Shown here one piece after another: positions 1 to 9,082 of a DNA stretch of 44,002 nucleotides. Below the pieces are notes generated by a model. The model was not told the origin of the DNA and did not search any database. It worked only from the letters and a program-made list of their open reading frames with translations. Within the stretch, counting starts at the first letter, position 1. Each line of letters begins with the position of its first letter. A program made the position numbers and the translations under genes. The stretch lies in UHGV virus genome UHGV-1377823; one strand, given 5' to 3'. This stretch comes from a virus.

Positions 1-124
1 GCTCTGGCCTAACTACGGTATCATCTCACAAGTGCCTTTCCCGGCAGCAGCAGAGCACGGTAAGAGCATGTACGATAAGCAGCATACACCAACAGTGGAG
101 GAGTATTATGCGCAAGGGAATTAA
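1..124 (+). CDS. DNA polymerase, C-terminal fragment (5'-truncated here; continuation of the ORF that runs off the window end at 44002)
   Basis: Joining 44001-44002 (gc) to position 1 (g) keeps the polymerase frame open for 41 more codons, ending at TAA 122-124. The joined peptide ...IAALWPNYGIISQVPFPAAAEHGKSM... resembles the family-A polymerase C-terminal motif (Taq ...VPLEVEVGIGEDW...). This implies the window is a circular permutation of a full genome. Confidence 0.45.
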   Translation, partial: LWPNYGIISQVPFPAAAEHGKSMYDKQHTPTVEEYYAQGN

Positions 125-359
125 ATTGCCCTGGAAGACTTTCTGGTGGCAATCAGGGCGGCCTAAGCGCTGCCCACGCTGTATGAGCAAGGCTATTGTA
201 GAGGATGTAAGAGACTCTCTGGATGTAGGTGTCGGCGTAGGCATACCTATGGAGGTTGAGTACCTTTGCAGTAATTGCGGTAAAAGTTGCGCTTACTGGG
301 CGCACGGGTATTTTGAACCGTTCTACATCATGGATTATGCGGAGATTCCTTATGATTAA
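108..359 (+). CDS. hypothetical protein with zinc-ribbon (CxxC...CxxC)
   Basis: ATG-initiated 83-aa ORF on the coding strand, overlapping the polymerase stop. CPRC ... CSNCGKSC motifs. Confidence 0.5.
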   Translation: MRKGIKLPWKTFWWQSGRPKRCPRCMSKAIVEDVRDSLDVGVGVGIPMEVEYLCSNCGKSCAYWAHGYFEPFYIMDYAEIPYD

Positions 360-558
360 AGTAGGTAGCATCATTGAGATCGTAGACTTCCTGCCGGGCT
401 ATGAGGAACTCTACTCATACCTATACCCTTTAGGCTCTAAGCATGAAGTGCTGCGCTGGCATCCGGAAACTGGGGCGGTTGAGGTGCATTACGACCACAA
501 CCCAGATGAGGGGGAGTGGCACGCCTTCTTCCCCGGCGAGTACAAGCTAGTAGAATAA
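352..558 (+). CDS. hypothetical protein (68 aa)
   Basis: ATG at 352 overlaps the upstream stop (ATGATTAA), indicating translational coupling. The ORF track extends the ORF upstream to 256, but the first in-frame ATG is at 352. Confidence 0.45.
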   Translation: MIKVGSIIEIVDFLPGYEELYSYLYPLGSKHEVLRWHPETGAVEVHYDHNPDEGEWHAFFPGEYKLVE

Positions 559-633
559 TGCTTGACATTGCAGCAGAACTCTGAAACTGCTGCAATAGAA
601 GTAACACGTATAGGACAACACAGGAGAATCCCC

Positions 634-1611
634 TTGGCTAAAGTATCTCTAATTAAGTTATTCACTAAAGAGCAGCATGAGCAGATTCTTAAAGAGTACC
701 CAGATAACTTTGATGCCTCATTAGCCTATACTGAGCGCACAGGTTATCAACACACAGTATCCCGTCAGTTAGTACGGTACTGGCGCAGCATCTTCATTGA
801 GAACGGTGGTAGTAAGAGCAAGGCTAACCATGGGCTACAGGAAGCGCGTAAGATTATCCAACCCTCTCCCACTGATGATATCGGGGATACTTTTGTGCCT
901 GACGTCTGTCGTCGTATTCTGGTTGTTGGGGATTTACATGCTCCTTATACTCATCCCGATGCGATTGCTTTCCTGCGTAGTGTCCGGGATGAGTACTCGC
1001 CGGACATGGTTATTCAGATGGGCGATGAGACTGATGGTCATGCTATTAGTTTTCATGATGCTGACCCAAATTTAGATAGTGCTGGCGTAGAGCTTGAGAA
1101 GGCTAAGCTAGTGCTGGAGGAGGTATATGCGCTGTTCCCGAACCTACTTGTATGCGATTCCAATCACGGGAGTCTTGTGTATCGCCGCGCCAAGGCTCAC
1201 GGTCTACCAGTGCAGTTTATCAAAAAGTACCGCGATATCTTATTCCCTGAGCACGGTGCTCCAGGTTGGTCGTGGGCCGATGCTTGGGTACTCAATACAC
1301 CGCTCGGCTGTGTACGCTTCCAGCATCAGGTCAGCGGTGACTTCATGCTTAATGCATCGCACGAACGCACTTCATTGGTGCTGGGGCATGAGCATGGGCG
1401 CTTCGAGGTCCAGTATGCAGCTAGCAGCACGGCGCTGTACTTCGGCGCGTATGCCGGATGCCTGATTGACCGTAAGAGCATGGCCTTTGCCTACGGGAAG
1501 CTGCATCGCAAGAAGCCAATCCTGGGCTGTATGGTAATCACTGAAGGCTGCCCACAGCTCATCCCGATGCTGATGGATGAAGATGGGCGCTGGGTTGGTC
1601 GTAAGAAATAA
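634..1611 (+). CDS. calcineurin-like metallophosphoesterase
   Basis: Carries motifs GDLHAPYTH, GDETDGH and DSNHGS, matching the metallophosphoesterase motifs GD-x-H, GD-x-x-D and GNH[DE]. There is no in-frame ATG before the conserved region. The likely start is TTG 634, preceded by AGGAGA at 622-627; the track start TTG 562 is an alternative. Confidence 0.75.
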   Translation: MAKVSLIKLFTKEQHEQILKEYPDNFDASLAYTERTGYQHTVSRQLVRYWRSIFIENGGSKSKANHGLQEARKIIQPSPTDDIGDTFVPDVCRRILVVGDLHAPYTHPDAIAFLRSVRDEYSPDMVIQMGDETDGHAISFHDADPNLDSAGVELEKAKLVLEEVYALFPNLLVCDSNHGSLVYRRAKAHGLPVQFIKKYRDILFPEHGAPGWSWADAWVLNTPLGCVRFQHQVSGDFMLNASHERTSLVLGHEHGRFEVQYAASSTALYFGAYAGCLIDRKSMAFAYGKLHRKKPILGCMVITEGCPQLIPMLMDEDGRWVGRKK

Positions 1612-1622
1612 CTGGAGAGATT

Positions 1623-1802
1623 ATGAATAATTTAGATGCTACGCTTACTAAAGTAGGCGAGCCTGTTTGGGATGAAGAGTTCCAGACTTGGCGTGTTCCG
1701 GTAGAGTACAACTGTTGGGGAAGTATTAGCAGTACGGAGAAGTGGTTCAAATCCGAGGAGTCTGCTAACGCCTTAAAGGTTGGAGACACTATTATTGTTT
1801 AA
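1623..1802 (+). CDS. hypothetical small protein (59 aa)
   Basis: ATG ORF MNNLDATLTKVGEPVWDEEF...GDTIIV with a GGAGAG SD 6 nt upstream. It fills the gap between flanking genes and is below the ORF-track length cutoff. Confidence 0.4.
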   Translation: MNNLDATLTKVGEPVWDEEFQTWRVPVEYNCWGSISSTEKWFKSEESANALKVGDTIIV

Positions 1803-1864
1803 CGCAGGCTCGCCCTGCATCTGCACGTAAATAATACATTAATCACACGAGAGAGCTAATCTAT

Positions 1865-2731
1865 ATGACTATTCTTAATAACATCGCTGCACTGGTAAAC
1901 GAAACCGTAGAAACTCAGGGCGTAGACCATAGCATTACACAACAAGGCGGAGGTAACTTTGAGGACGTGCTGCTGCCGCGCGGTACTTACTATGGTCGCA
2001 TGGTTGAGTACATTGAGCTTGGCAAGAAGATTCCAATGAACGCTGGTAAGCCTACGGGTAAGCCAGCGGTGCTGAACGTCCGCACAGGCTTCATCATCTA
2101 CACCCCTGACGGTGGTATCAAGCGTATTAACCCGTTCCCTATGGCTGTGTCCAGCTTCGAGAAAGCTAAGTTCAAGCAGCTGTTCGACAAGATGAACGTA
2201 GATGGCACCATGAAGCACTTAGCGCAGGCACTTGGTAAGCCTATGGCGTTCGAGGTGGAGCAGCACACTACTAAGGCTGGCAAGACCTTGAACGTTATTG
2301 AGTTCTCCAGTACTCGCCCTCTGCCTAAGTTCGACCCTAACACTGGTGCACCTATCGTACTGCCTGAGCTGGACGAGCAGTTCCTGCGACTGTTCCTGTG
2401 GAACAACCCAACTAAAGAAACCTGGGAGAGCCTGTACATTGAGAAGAACAACTTCATCCAAGAGGACATCCTCGCTGCTGTGGACTTCGAAGGCTCCGCG
2501 CTTCAGCAACTACTTATGGGCGGTGTTCCATCGCCAGAAGCTCTTGCACCTGCTGGGGCGGGTGTACAAGCGCCTGCGGGACAGCCGAGTGCAAGCGCTC
2601 CTGCTAATGCCGCAGCACCAGTGGGAGCACAAGCAGCGCAGGCTCCTGCGGCTCCAGTGGCTCCTGTTGCGCCTGTTGCGCCAGTAGCCCCGCAAGCTCC
2701 GGCAGCACCTATCGCTCCTCCGGTAGCCTGA
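1865..2731 (+). CDS. hypothetical protein, possible gp2.5-like ssDNA-binding protein with Pro/Ala-rich C-terminal tail
   Basis: 288-aa ORF with strongly biased (highly-expressed-like) codon usage. Weak resemblance to T7 gp2.5 (GNxxxxxPRGxY...). The C-terminal 70 aa are low complexity (APVAPVAPVAPVAPQAPAAPIAPPVA), encoded by 9-nt tandem repeats around 2640-2720. Confidence 0.6.
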   Translation: MTILNNIAALVNETVETQGVDHSITQQGGGNFEDVLLPRGTYYGRMVEYIELGKKIPMNAGKPTGKPAVLNVRTGFIIYTPDGGIKRINPFPMAVSSFEKAKFKQLFDKMNVDGTMKHLAQALGKPMAFEVEQHTTKAGKTLNVIEFSSTRPLPKFDPNTGAPIVLPELDEQFLRLFLWNNPTKETWESLYIEKNNFIQEDILAAVDFEGSALQQLLMGGVPSPEALAPAGAGVQAPAGQPSASAPANAAAPVGAQAAQAPAAPVAPVAPVAPVAPQAPAAPIAPPVA

Positions 2732-2781
2732 ACGCCAGCGCAGTTAGACTTTGAAACCTACCCAATGCAATAGGAGTTACT

Positions 2782-2979
2782 ATGCGAGAGCTAGATAAAC
2801 GCCCCGAGCCTGCTGTACAACAGTGGGTGGAGGTGTGGGAATACAACGGTAAAGTGTGGTGCAATACGTACCGTCTATCTGGCGGTGTTGAGGAGATGTA
2901 CGACCCGGTTAAGGACTTATGGCGTGAACCGGATATCAAAGGTGACCGCGTAAAAGGCACCCACTACTACACCGTTTAA
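2782..2979 (+). CDS. hypothetical protein (65 aa)
   Basis: ATG ORF with a GGAG SD; Trp-rich. Confidence 0.45.
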   Translation: MRELDKRPEPAVQQWVEVWEYNGKVWCNTYRLSGGVEEMYDPVKDLWREPDIKGDRVKGTHYYTV

Positions 2980-2986
2980 ATTTAAT

Positions 2987-3002
2987 AGGCCCTGCGGGGC
3001 CT
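2987..3002 (+). other. GC-rich hairpin AGGCCC-tgcg-GGGCCT without U-tract
   Basis: Perfect 6-bp stem with a tetraloop directly after the 2979 stop. No T-run follows, so it may be an RNA processing or stability element rather than an intrinsic terminator. Confidence 0.4.
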
Positions 3003-3011
3003 CTAAGGATT

Positions 3012-3401
3012 ATGATGACCGCTACTATGATTCAAGAAGCTACCCCAACCATCCAGTTCCAGAACCTATCCTATGAGGTAAGCCGCTTCATTGTGGACCT
3101 GTACAATGATACAGAGCCAATGGTTGACGGTATTAAGTCAGACTTAGCGCAGCTAGCTAAGCTGTATGGCGCGGACCTGGCTCTGGTGGAGGAGCAGATG
3201 CAACAGCACAACGATATCCCAGCTAAGGCTGAGAAGCTGCTGGAGGACCCGCTGGTGTACCTGCGCATTGTGGGTAGTCTCTCAGCGCACCTTGGGAATA
3301 TCGCTGCGGTGCTGTATGACCCTGAGCAGGGTCTGGTTGCCGTAGAGGTAATGGGGGAGCTGCTGGGTACGTTGCTGGTCCTACAGGAAGCAGGTTACTA
3401 A
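3012..3401 (+). CDS. hypothetical protein (129 aa)
   Basis: ATG ORF with coding-strand codon bias; no recognisable motif. Confidence 0.5.
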   Translation: MMTATMIQEATPTIQFQNLSYEVSRFIVDLYNDTEPMVDGIKSDLAQLAKLYGADLALVEEQMQQHNDIPAKAEKLLEDPLVYLRIVGSLSAHLGNIAAVLYDPEQGLVAVEVMGELLGTLLVLQEAGY

Positions 3402-3402
3402 T

Positions 3403-4362
3403 ATGCAGATACGGGGCATCGACTTATCGGGGCTGCCTGAGCAACTGGTTGCCCCTGCTGTATCAGACAAGGTGCTGCTGCTGGACGGGGATTTCATGGT
3501 CTACAAAGCAGCAGCCACAGTAAAGCGCCTGGACACAGCAATCCGGCGCTTCTACCAGCTAGTGCTGGAGGAGATGTTCTATGCTAACGTCAAAGAGTGT
3601 CTGGTGTATCTTACTCCTTCTAATTGTGCTAAGTGCGGTAGATACCTCTTACCGACTGTACGGCCTTACCAGGCGCAGCGTACTACGCGCCCGGAGCTAC
3701 CTCTCAAGCAACCGCTGAAACAGCATCTGCTGAGCAATCCTAACGAGTACAGTCAGCACGGTATAGAGGTGCTGGGGAGTTATGAGTATGAAGCTGACGA
3801 CCTTATCGTTATGGATTCGTATAAGTTCGGAGTTCGGTGCATCGTCAGCAGCGGGGACAAGGACCTCAGACTATCCCCCGCGTCACGTCTGGAGATGCCC
3901 ACTGGAACTATACTCCCCCCAGTATCTGACAGCTTCGGCTACATCGAGTGGGACGAATCGCACTCATTCCCAATAGTCGGGCAGGGGACAAAGTTCTTCT
4001 TCGCGCAGTTACTGGCTGGAGATGCAGCAGACAACATCAAAGGCATCCTCACGCTCAATGGGAAGCCCTGTGGGGCTACGAAAGCCTTCGAGGTAATCAA
4101 CCCTATTGTCTCAGCAGAGGAAGCCGCAGAGCGCGTTCTAGGAGCTTACGCAGCCATAGGGCAGGATGTACTGGCAGAAGCAGAAGCACTCTGGCTGAGA
4201 AGGCATGAACAGGATTCAGCGTATGAGTACCTAATGTCTTTGGTAACTACTCCAGAATACAGGAGCTGGTTAACCCAGCTCAGGGATTATCATAAGCAGT
4301 ACCGAACCTATATTCTGGAGCAAAGCAATGAAGAAACAATCAATGAAGCAGATGCGCCTTAA
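3403..4362 (+). CDS. 5'-3' exonuclease (T7 gp6-like)
   Basis: VLLLDGDFMVYKAAAT aligns with T7 gp6 ILVMDGDWLVFQAMSA, and SSGDKDLRLSP with ISCDKDFKTIP. Its position in the DNA-metabolism module fits. Confidence 0.85.
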   Translation: MQIRGIDLSGLPEQLVAPAVSDKVLLLDGDFMVYKAAATVKRLDTAIRRFYQLVLEEMFYANVKECLVYLTPSNCAKCGRYLLPTVRPYQAQRTTRPELPLKQPLKQHLLSNPNEYSQHGIEVLGSYEYEADDLIVMDSYKFGVRCIVSSGDKDLRLSPASRLEMPTGTILPPVSDSFGYIEWDESHSFPIVGQGTKFFFAQLLAGDAADNIKGILTLNGKPCGATKAFEVINPIVSAEEAAERVLGAYAAIGQDVLAEAEALWLRRHEQDSAYEYLMSLVTTPEYRSWLTQLRDYHKQYRTYILEQSNEETINEADAP

Positions 4363-4525
4363 GGCCTGGGAGTTATTCTATGCAGACGAATTCACTAAGC
4401 TGGAACTGCTTATGCTTGATATGGCAGAGCAGTACCCAGAGCAGCATCGAGAGCTTACTAAAGCTATGGCTGCTGCGATTCACGAGCAGCATGACCTGGA
4501 TTGCTTAGAGGAGATTGGGCTATGA
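4328..4525 (+). CDS. hypothetical protein
   Basis: 65-aa ORF overlapping the exonuclease 3' end; an alternative start is ATG 4343. Confidence 0.35.
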   Translation: MKKQSMKQMRLKAWELFYADEFTKLELLMLDMAEQYPEQHRELTKAMAAAIHEQHDLDCLEEIGL

Positions 4526-4923
4526 GCACCGTTACCAAAGAACGCATTGCAAACCTCCTCCAGTTCAATTCTGAAGGTAGTGATTGTCAGGCCAATGCAG
4601 AGCAGTGGGAAGTTCACGAGCTGGCGCGTATCGCGCTGGCATCGCTCGAAGCGGAGCCTGTGATTACCGTCGGCGATGATGGTGGTGATGCGCTTGCTTA
4701 TCGCCGTCTTATTCAAACGTTCGCACCAGGAACGAAGCTATACACCGCCCCGCCAGCGCCAGCCAATGCCGAACCCGTAGCATGGTTATGGTCACACAGG
4801 CAGCACCTGAGCGTAGTTACGCTTGTTCGCCCTGAAGATGATGAGCAAGCAGAAGGTGCTCACTGGTCAGGGTGGAGTTGTCAGGCGCTTTATGCAGCAC
4901 CGCCAGCGCCGGAGGTCAAATGA
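4522..4923 (+). CDS. hypothetical protein with internal LY(T/A)APPAP repeat
   Basis: ATG 4522 overlaps the upstream TGA (ATGA). The track gives 4501 as start, via an alternative start codon. Confidence 0.45.
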   Translation: MSTVTKERIANLLQFNSEGSDCQANAEQWEVHELARIALASLEAEPVITVGDDGGDALAYRRLIQTFAPGTKLYTAPPAPANAEPVAWLWSHRQHLSVVTLVRPEDDEQAEGAHWSGWSCQALYAAPPAPEVK

Positions 4924-5360
4924 GTGATTGTATTGACCACGGCTGCAAAGGCTACGGGCTGGGGTATGCTACTGCGCGTCTGAAAGTAGACGGGGTTGTA
5001 GTGAATACGACCAAGCATCGTATCGTATTTTATAAACAGCACGGGTTCTTCCCAGAGGTAGTCGAGCATACCTGTAACAATGCTAGGTGTATTAACATAG
5101 AACACTTACAGGCGGGGACACACAAGAGCAATGCGGCGTATAAGCATGCATGTGGACGCGGCAACGTCGAAGCCTCGAAGCGTGTAGGTTCAGACAATGG
5201 CAGAGCTAAACTGGACGCGGGTATGGTTCGGTACTTGCGGCAAATGCACATCCCCAATGACAGAGATTGGGGAGCATCCGCCATTTCTAAACGGTTAGGT
5301 ATGGGCGTGTCCTGCATCCACCGAATGCTCACGGGGGTTTCATGGTCTCACGTAAAATAA
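4920..5360 (+). CDS. HNH homing endonuclease
   Basis: HTCNNARCINIEHLQAGTHKSNA is an HNH motif. ATG 4920 overlaps the upstream stop. It is a paralogue of the HNH at 41338-41811 (HTCDNPRCINPDHLVPGTRADNN). Confidence 0.8.
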   Translation: MSDCIDHGCKGYGLGYATARLKVDGVVVNTTKHRIVFYKQHGFFPEVVEHTCNNARCINIEHLQAGTHKSNAAYKHACGRGNVEASKRVGSDNGRAKLDAGMVRYLRQMHIPNDRDWGASAISKRLGMGVSCIHRMLTGVSWSHVK

Positions 5361-5770
5361 CTCGCGGGCAGGTGCGTGCAGTTACTATGAAGTTGTTAAA
5401 GGAGCAGGGCGGGTTATGCCCTGTATGTGCCAAGCCTATAAGCCTAGCCCAGAGAAGTACCTCCGGAGACGGCCCCGCGCTTGACCACGACCACCGCACC
5501 GGGCATATTCGAGGCGTGCTGCATCGCTCCTGTAATGGGGGTATTGGCAAGGCTGAGTCTATCGTAGGGCGCTGGATTACAGGCTCTATGCAGGACGAGC
5601 AGGCTATAATCCAGGATATGCAGCGCATGGTTAACTACCTGCTACAACCAAACACTGACCTTATCTATTACTCGCACAAGACCGAGGAAGAAGCTAAGGC
5701 AGCACAGAACGCTAAGCGCCGCAGGGTGCGAGCACAACGTAAGGCTAGAGAGGTGATTAAGAATGGATAA
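5342..5770 (+). CDS. endonuclease VII (Holliday junction resolvase, T4 gp49 family)
   Basis: CPVCAKP...LDHDHRTGHIRGVLHRSCNGGIGKAE matches the endo VII signature C..C...DHDH.TG..RG.LC..CN. An alternative start is ATG 5387 (MKLLKEQ..). Confidence 0.85.
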   Translation: MVSRKITRGQVRAVTMKLLKEQGGLCPVCAKPISLAQRSTSGDGPALDHDHRTGHIRGVLHRSCNGGIGKAESIVGRWITGSMQDEQAIIQDMQRMVNYLLQPNTDLIYYSHKTEEEAKAAQNAKRRRVRAQRKAREVIKNG

Positions 5771-6065
5771 CAGTGTATGTGCTACATGTTTAGGTACTGG
5801 GTGCGAATACTGCAACCCCATCGCTGGCCGCGCAAAAGCAGCAGCCCCAGACCCAGTGAACCAGCCGCAGCACTACGCCTCCGGCGAGATTGAGTGCATC
5901 GACGCTATCCGGGCTAGTATGACCAAGGAAGCGTTCTGCGGTTACTTGAAGGGTTGTGCACAGAAATACTTATGGCGCTACGAGAAGAAGATTAACCCTG
6001 TAGAGGATATCAAGAAGGCTCGCTGGTACTCTGAGCGCTTGATTAAGGAGCTTGAGGATGCCTAA
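5763..6065 (+). CDS. conserved phage protein (DUF3310-like, YLWR motif)
   Basis: GCAQKYLWRYEKK...EDIKKARWYSERLI resembles the widespread DUF3310 phage family. The family assignment is from memory, not from a search. Confidence 0.55.
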   Translation: MDNSVCATCLGTGCEYCNPIAGRAKAAAPDPVNQPQHYASGEIECIDAIRASMTKEAFCGYLKGCAQKYLWRYEKKINPVEDIKKARWYSERLIKELEDA

Positions 6066-6225
6066 GATTGCCGCAGTGATTGAGCTTGATACGGATAACC
6101 TGGACGATGCAGAGGAGTTCATGCAGAACCTTCTGCACGTTGGATACCTTGAGGGTGTCGTTACTAAGGACATCGACTTCTACTTGATTGAGCACTCAGA
6201 GAGTGCCGGGGAGACTTTGCATTAA
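6058..6225 (+). CDS. hypothetical small acidic protein (55 aa)
   Basis: ATG 6058 overlaps the upstream stop (ATGCCTAA). Translation is MPKIAAVIELDTDNLDDAEEFMQNLLHVGYLEGVVTKDIDFYLIEHSESAGETLH. It overlaps the track ORF 6188-6376, and only one of the two can be correct. Confidence 0.35.
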   Translation: MPKIAAVIELDTDNLDDAEEFMQNLLHVGYLEGVVTKDIDFYLIEHSESAGETLH

Positions 6226-6377
6226 GGACGAACAGGAACCTTTAGTACCTAGTGCATGGTGCAGACAGCGTTACGAGGAAGCGCTGGAGCGCGGTGACGC
6301 TGCATCTGCACAGGCTTATTTGAGTATGCACGAGCTTTGGGTAAGACGCGAACAGGAAACTAAGAAAGGTGATTAGC

Positions 6378-6584
6378 ATGACAGGTAAATGCGGAGCAGA
6401 TTGTACTAACCGTTGCAGCATCGGGGCTTGCCCTAAAGCGGAGCCTAAGGATGAGTTTGATGGATTCATCCTGGACTTCGATGAAGAAGCTGTAGCAAAG
6501 CGTAATGCTGAGCGTGAGCAGGCTCAAACAGAGAGCGCCTACAAGCTCAGCGATGACGGTACGTGCGACGGTTGTACTATTTAG
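6378..6584 (+). CDS. hypothetical Cys-rich small protein
   Basis: ATG 6378 with an AAAGGTG SD. N-terminal CGADCTNRCSIGACP and C-terminal CDGCT cysteine clusters; acidic middle. Confidence 0.45.
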   Translation: MTGKCGADCTNRCSIGACPKAEPKDEFDGFILDFDEEAVAKRNAEREQAQTESAYKLSDDGTCDGCTI

Positions 6585-6637
6585 TAGCACTTAGGATTAA
6601 CCTCAGAAACGTCACGATTAACGTAGAGGGCAGCGAA

Positions 6638-9082
6638 TTGAAATTAGAAACCTTAGAAGAACGCACAGAACGTCAGCTCCAGCTTGAGCAGCAGTACCGT
6701 ACACGCAGCTTAGAGCGCAGCAAGAGCCTGGTGCAGAAAGCTCTGGACTCTGGTAGCCTCAGCACCCTGCCACCAGTGCAGCGCATGATTGCTGCCGCGT
6801 ACGACACTGTATGCGCAGGCATCAACAGCACTAAGCAGGAGAAGACTGCTGGTGTAGGCGCTAAGTACCGCGCGTTCCTGCGCTTAATTCCTACGGATGT
6901 ACTGGCTGTGCTGGCGCTGACAAAGTGCTTCGATTCGCTATTCTCTAACGTAGGCACTAACAGTGCCAGCTCGGCACAGGCTGTACTGTCCGGCTTAGGC
7001 CGTCAGGTTCAGGCTGAGCTACTGGCTGTGCAGCTTCAGGCTGTAGCCCCAGCGTACATGAACCGGGTGCATGAGTACCTGAAGGAGCGCAACACCACCA
7101 GCCCATCGCACATCCTCAAGACCCTGCGTGCTTCTGCTGAGAACGTGCATTACCAGCACGAGCCTTGGTCGAACTCGCAGTGCATCTCCGTGGGTAAGCT
7201 CTTGATGCAGGCAGTGTGGGATACAGGGCTGTTCGTATGGAGCAAGCGCGACCGCACGCAGTTGCAGTACCTAACCCCAGCTCCGGCGCTGGAGCAGGTC
7301 CTGTCTGAGCTGGTAGAGCACGCTGATACAGTGCAGCTGAAGCCACCGATGCTTATCCCGCCGCAGCCGCACGATACTATGTTCTCTGGCGGATACCTTA
7401 CGGACATTGATAGACGCGGTACTTACAGCAACTCCCAGATTCAGCGCAGTATGAAGCGCGAAGTAGCTGAGGCGTTCAAGCAAGCACCGGAGCTTCGGAG
7501 CGCTCTGAACCGTGCTCAGGAGGTTCCTTACCGCATTAACAAGACCATGCTGAGGCTGGTGCAGCAGGCCCGCGCCCTTGGCGTAAGCACAGGTATGCCC
7601 AGCAGCAACCCAGCACCTAAACCAGAGTGGCGCTTGGATGGTGTACCGAAGGAAGAGTACACCGAGCGCGAGCTTGAGGAGTTCCAGGAGTGGAAAATGC
7701 ATATGCGCCAGTGGTACGCGGATGAGCGTACTCGCGTAGGGCAGCTGCGTGCTCTGGTTACAACCGTAAGTATGTGCGAGGAGTTCAAAGATGAAACAGA
7801 GCTGTACTTCCCGACTTGTGTGGATTGGCGATACCGCCTGTACTTCAAGTCCAGCCTGCACCCCCAAGGTTCTGATTTGCAGAAAGCTCTGCTTGAATTC
7901 GGTCGCGGCAAGCCGCTTGGGGAGCGTGGGCTGTTCTGGCTTAAGGTGCATGTCGCCACTTGCTTTGGTTATGACAAAGCCTTATTCGAAGACCGTGCAG
8001 CTTGGGCTGATGCGAACTATGACGCAATTAGACGCCTGGTATCTGACCCATTTAATTCGGACGCTTTTAAACAGGCGGATAGCCCGTGGTGCTTCCTGGC
8101 AGCAGCAATCGACCTTGTTAATGCACTTAGCTCTGTGGAGCCGACAGAGTATGTATCGCACGTACCGGTCGCTATGGACGCTACAAACTCAGGCTCTCAA
8201 CATTACAGCGCAATGCTCCGGGACCCAATCGGCGGGCGATTAACGAACCTGTTCTGGGAAGGTAACGCAGAGAAAGCGGATATGTACATGGACGTGAAGG
8301 AGCGTACGGACTCTAAGGTAATCATGGACCTCACTGACCCAGAGCACGTAGTGCAGGCTACGTACTGGAGAGAGAACCAGATTACTCGGAGTATGACCAA
8401 GCGCCCCTGCATGACCTACGTGTACTCCGCTACTGTACGTAGCTGCTCTGAGTACATCCTTCTGGGTGCTAAGGACGAGGGGTATGAACCCACTGAGGAG
8501 TACAGCCTGTTTAAGCTCGCGGGGTACTTAGCTCCGCGTATGCGTGCTGCTGTAGAAGAGGCTAACCCTGCGGCTGCTGAGGCTATGCGCTTTGCTCAGC
8601 AGATTACGGGACGTGTACCGACTAAGCGGCACTTGCAGTGGAAGACTCCGCTGGGGGGTCTGGTAATTAACCGATACACGGAGTCAGATGAATGCCGGGT
8701 TAAAGTTCAGAGTATGAACCTGACGTACCTGCTCAGTTACAACCGTAACTATGAGCAGAACAATCGCCGTAAGGCTAAGTCTGGTATAGCTCCGAACTTC
8801 GTGCATTCACTGGATAGTACGCACCTGATGATGGTACTGAACGCCTTCGACGGTGATATCCTACCTATCCACGACTCTCTGGCTACGCATGCCTGTGATG
8901 TCGATGCAATGCACAAAGTAATCCGGGAGCAGTTCCTGAAGCTGTACACCGAGCACGACCCACTGCAAACGCTGGCTGACGCAGCGGTGGAGTGTGGTGC
9001 TGACCTGGAAGGTTTAGATATGCCTGAGAAAGGTACTCTGGACTTGACGCAAGTACTTGAATCACCTTTCTTTTTCTGCTAG
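6638..9082 (+). CDS. single-subunit DNA-dependent RNA polymerase (T7 RNAP family)
   Basis: Alignable to T7 RNAP along its length, for example C-terminal PEKGTLDLTQVLESPFFFC against T7 PAKGNLNLRDILESDFAFA, and motif DSLATHACD. The likely start is TTG 6638 with a GAGGG SD 7 nt upstream. The track's 6563 start overlaps the upstream gene. Confidence 0.93.
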   Translation: MKLETLEERTERQLQLEQQYRTRSLERSKSLVQKALDSGSLSTLPPVQRMIAAAYDTVCAGINSTKQEKTAGVGAKYRAFLRLIPTDVLAVLALTKCFDSLFSNVGTNSASSAQAVLSGLGRQVQAELLAVQLQAVAPAYMNRVHEYLKERNTTSPSHILKTLRASAENVHYQHEPWSNSQCISVGKLLMQAVWDTGLFVWSKRDRTQLQYLTPAPALEQVLSELVEHADTVQLKPPMLIPPQPHDTMFSGGYLTDIDRRGTYSNSQIQRSMKREVAEAFKQAPELRSALNRAQEVPYRINKTMLRLVQQARALGVSTGMPSSNPAPKPEWRLDGVPKEEYTERELEEFQEWKMHMRQWYADERTRVGQLRALVTTVSMCEEFKDETELYFPTCVDWRYRLYFKSSLHPQGSDLQKALLEFGRGKPLGERGLFWLKVHVATCFGYDKALFEDRAAWADANYDAIRRLVSDPFNSDAFKQADSPWCFLAAAIDLVNALSSVEPTEYVSHVPVAMDATNSGSQHYSAMLRDPIGGRLTNLFWEGNAEKADMYMDVKERTDSKVIMDLTDPEHVVQATYWRENQITRSMTKRPCMTYVYSATVRSCSEYILLGAKDEGYEPTEEYSLFKLAGYLAPRMRAAVEEANPAAAEAMRFAQQITGRVPTKRHLQWKTPLGGLVINRYTESDECRVKVQSMNLTYLLSYNRNYEQNNRRKAKSGIAPNFVHSLDSTHLMMVLNAFDGDILPIHDSLATHACDVDAMHKVIREQFLKLYTEHDPLQTLADAAVECGADLEGLDMPEKGTLDLTQVLESPFFFC

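Noticed and set aside
1829-1855. T7 promoter-like string AATAATACATTAATCACACGAGAGAG upstream of the 1865 gene, and the recurring (A/T)CTAGAC motif in several intergenic regions
   Set aside because: The resemblance to the T7 phi consensus is loose. phiKMV-type polymerases use different, poorly defined promoters. A 7-mer recurring 4-5 times in 44 kb is within chance expectation.
6563-6637. Track-proposed 5' extensions of several genes using upstream GTG/TTG codons (e.g. RNAP 6563, 17034, 32364, 31279, 36899, 28631, 9832)
   Set aside because: The extensions overlap upstream genes, lack SD sequences and produce non-conserved N-termini. Downstream starts with good SD spacing or stop/start overlaps were preferred.
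7271-7951. Long minus-strand ORFs (e.g. 7271-7951, 7528-7959, 12687-13397, 25164-25703, 29415-29921, 11709-12149)
   Set aside because: All lie antisense to well-supported + strand genes (RNAP, capsid, tail fibre, tailspike, scaffold). They have no SD sequences and only reflect GC-rich codon structure or the tail-fibre repeats. Every convincing gene in this phage is on the + strand.
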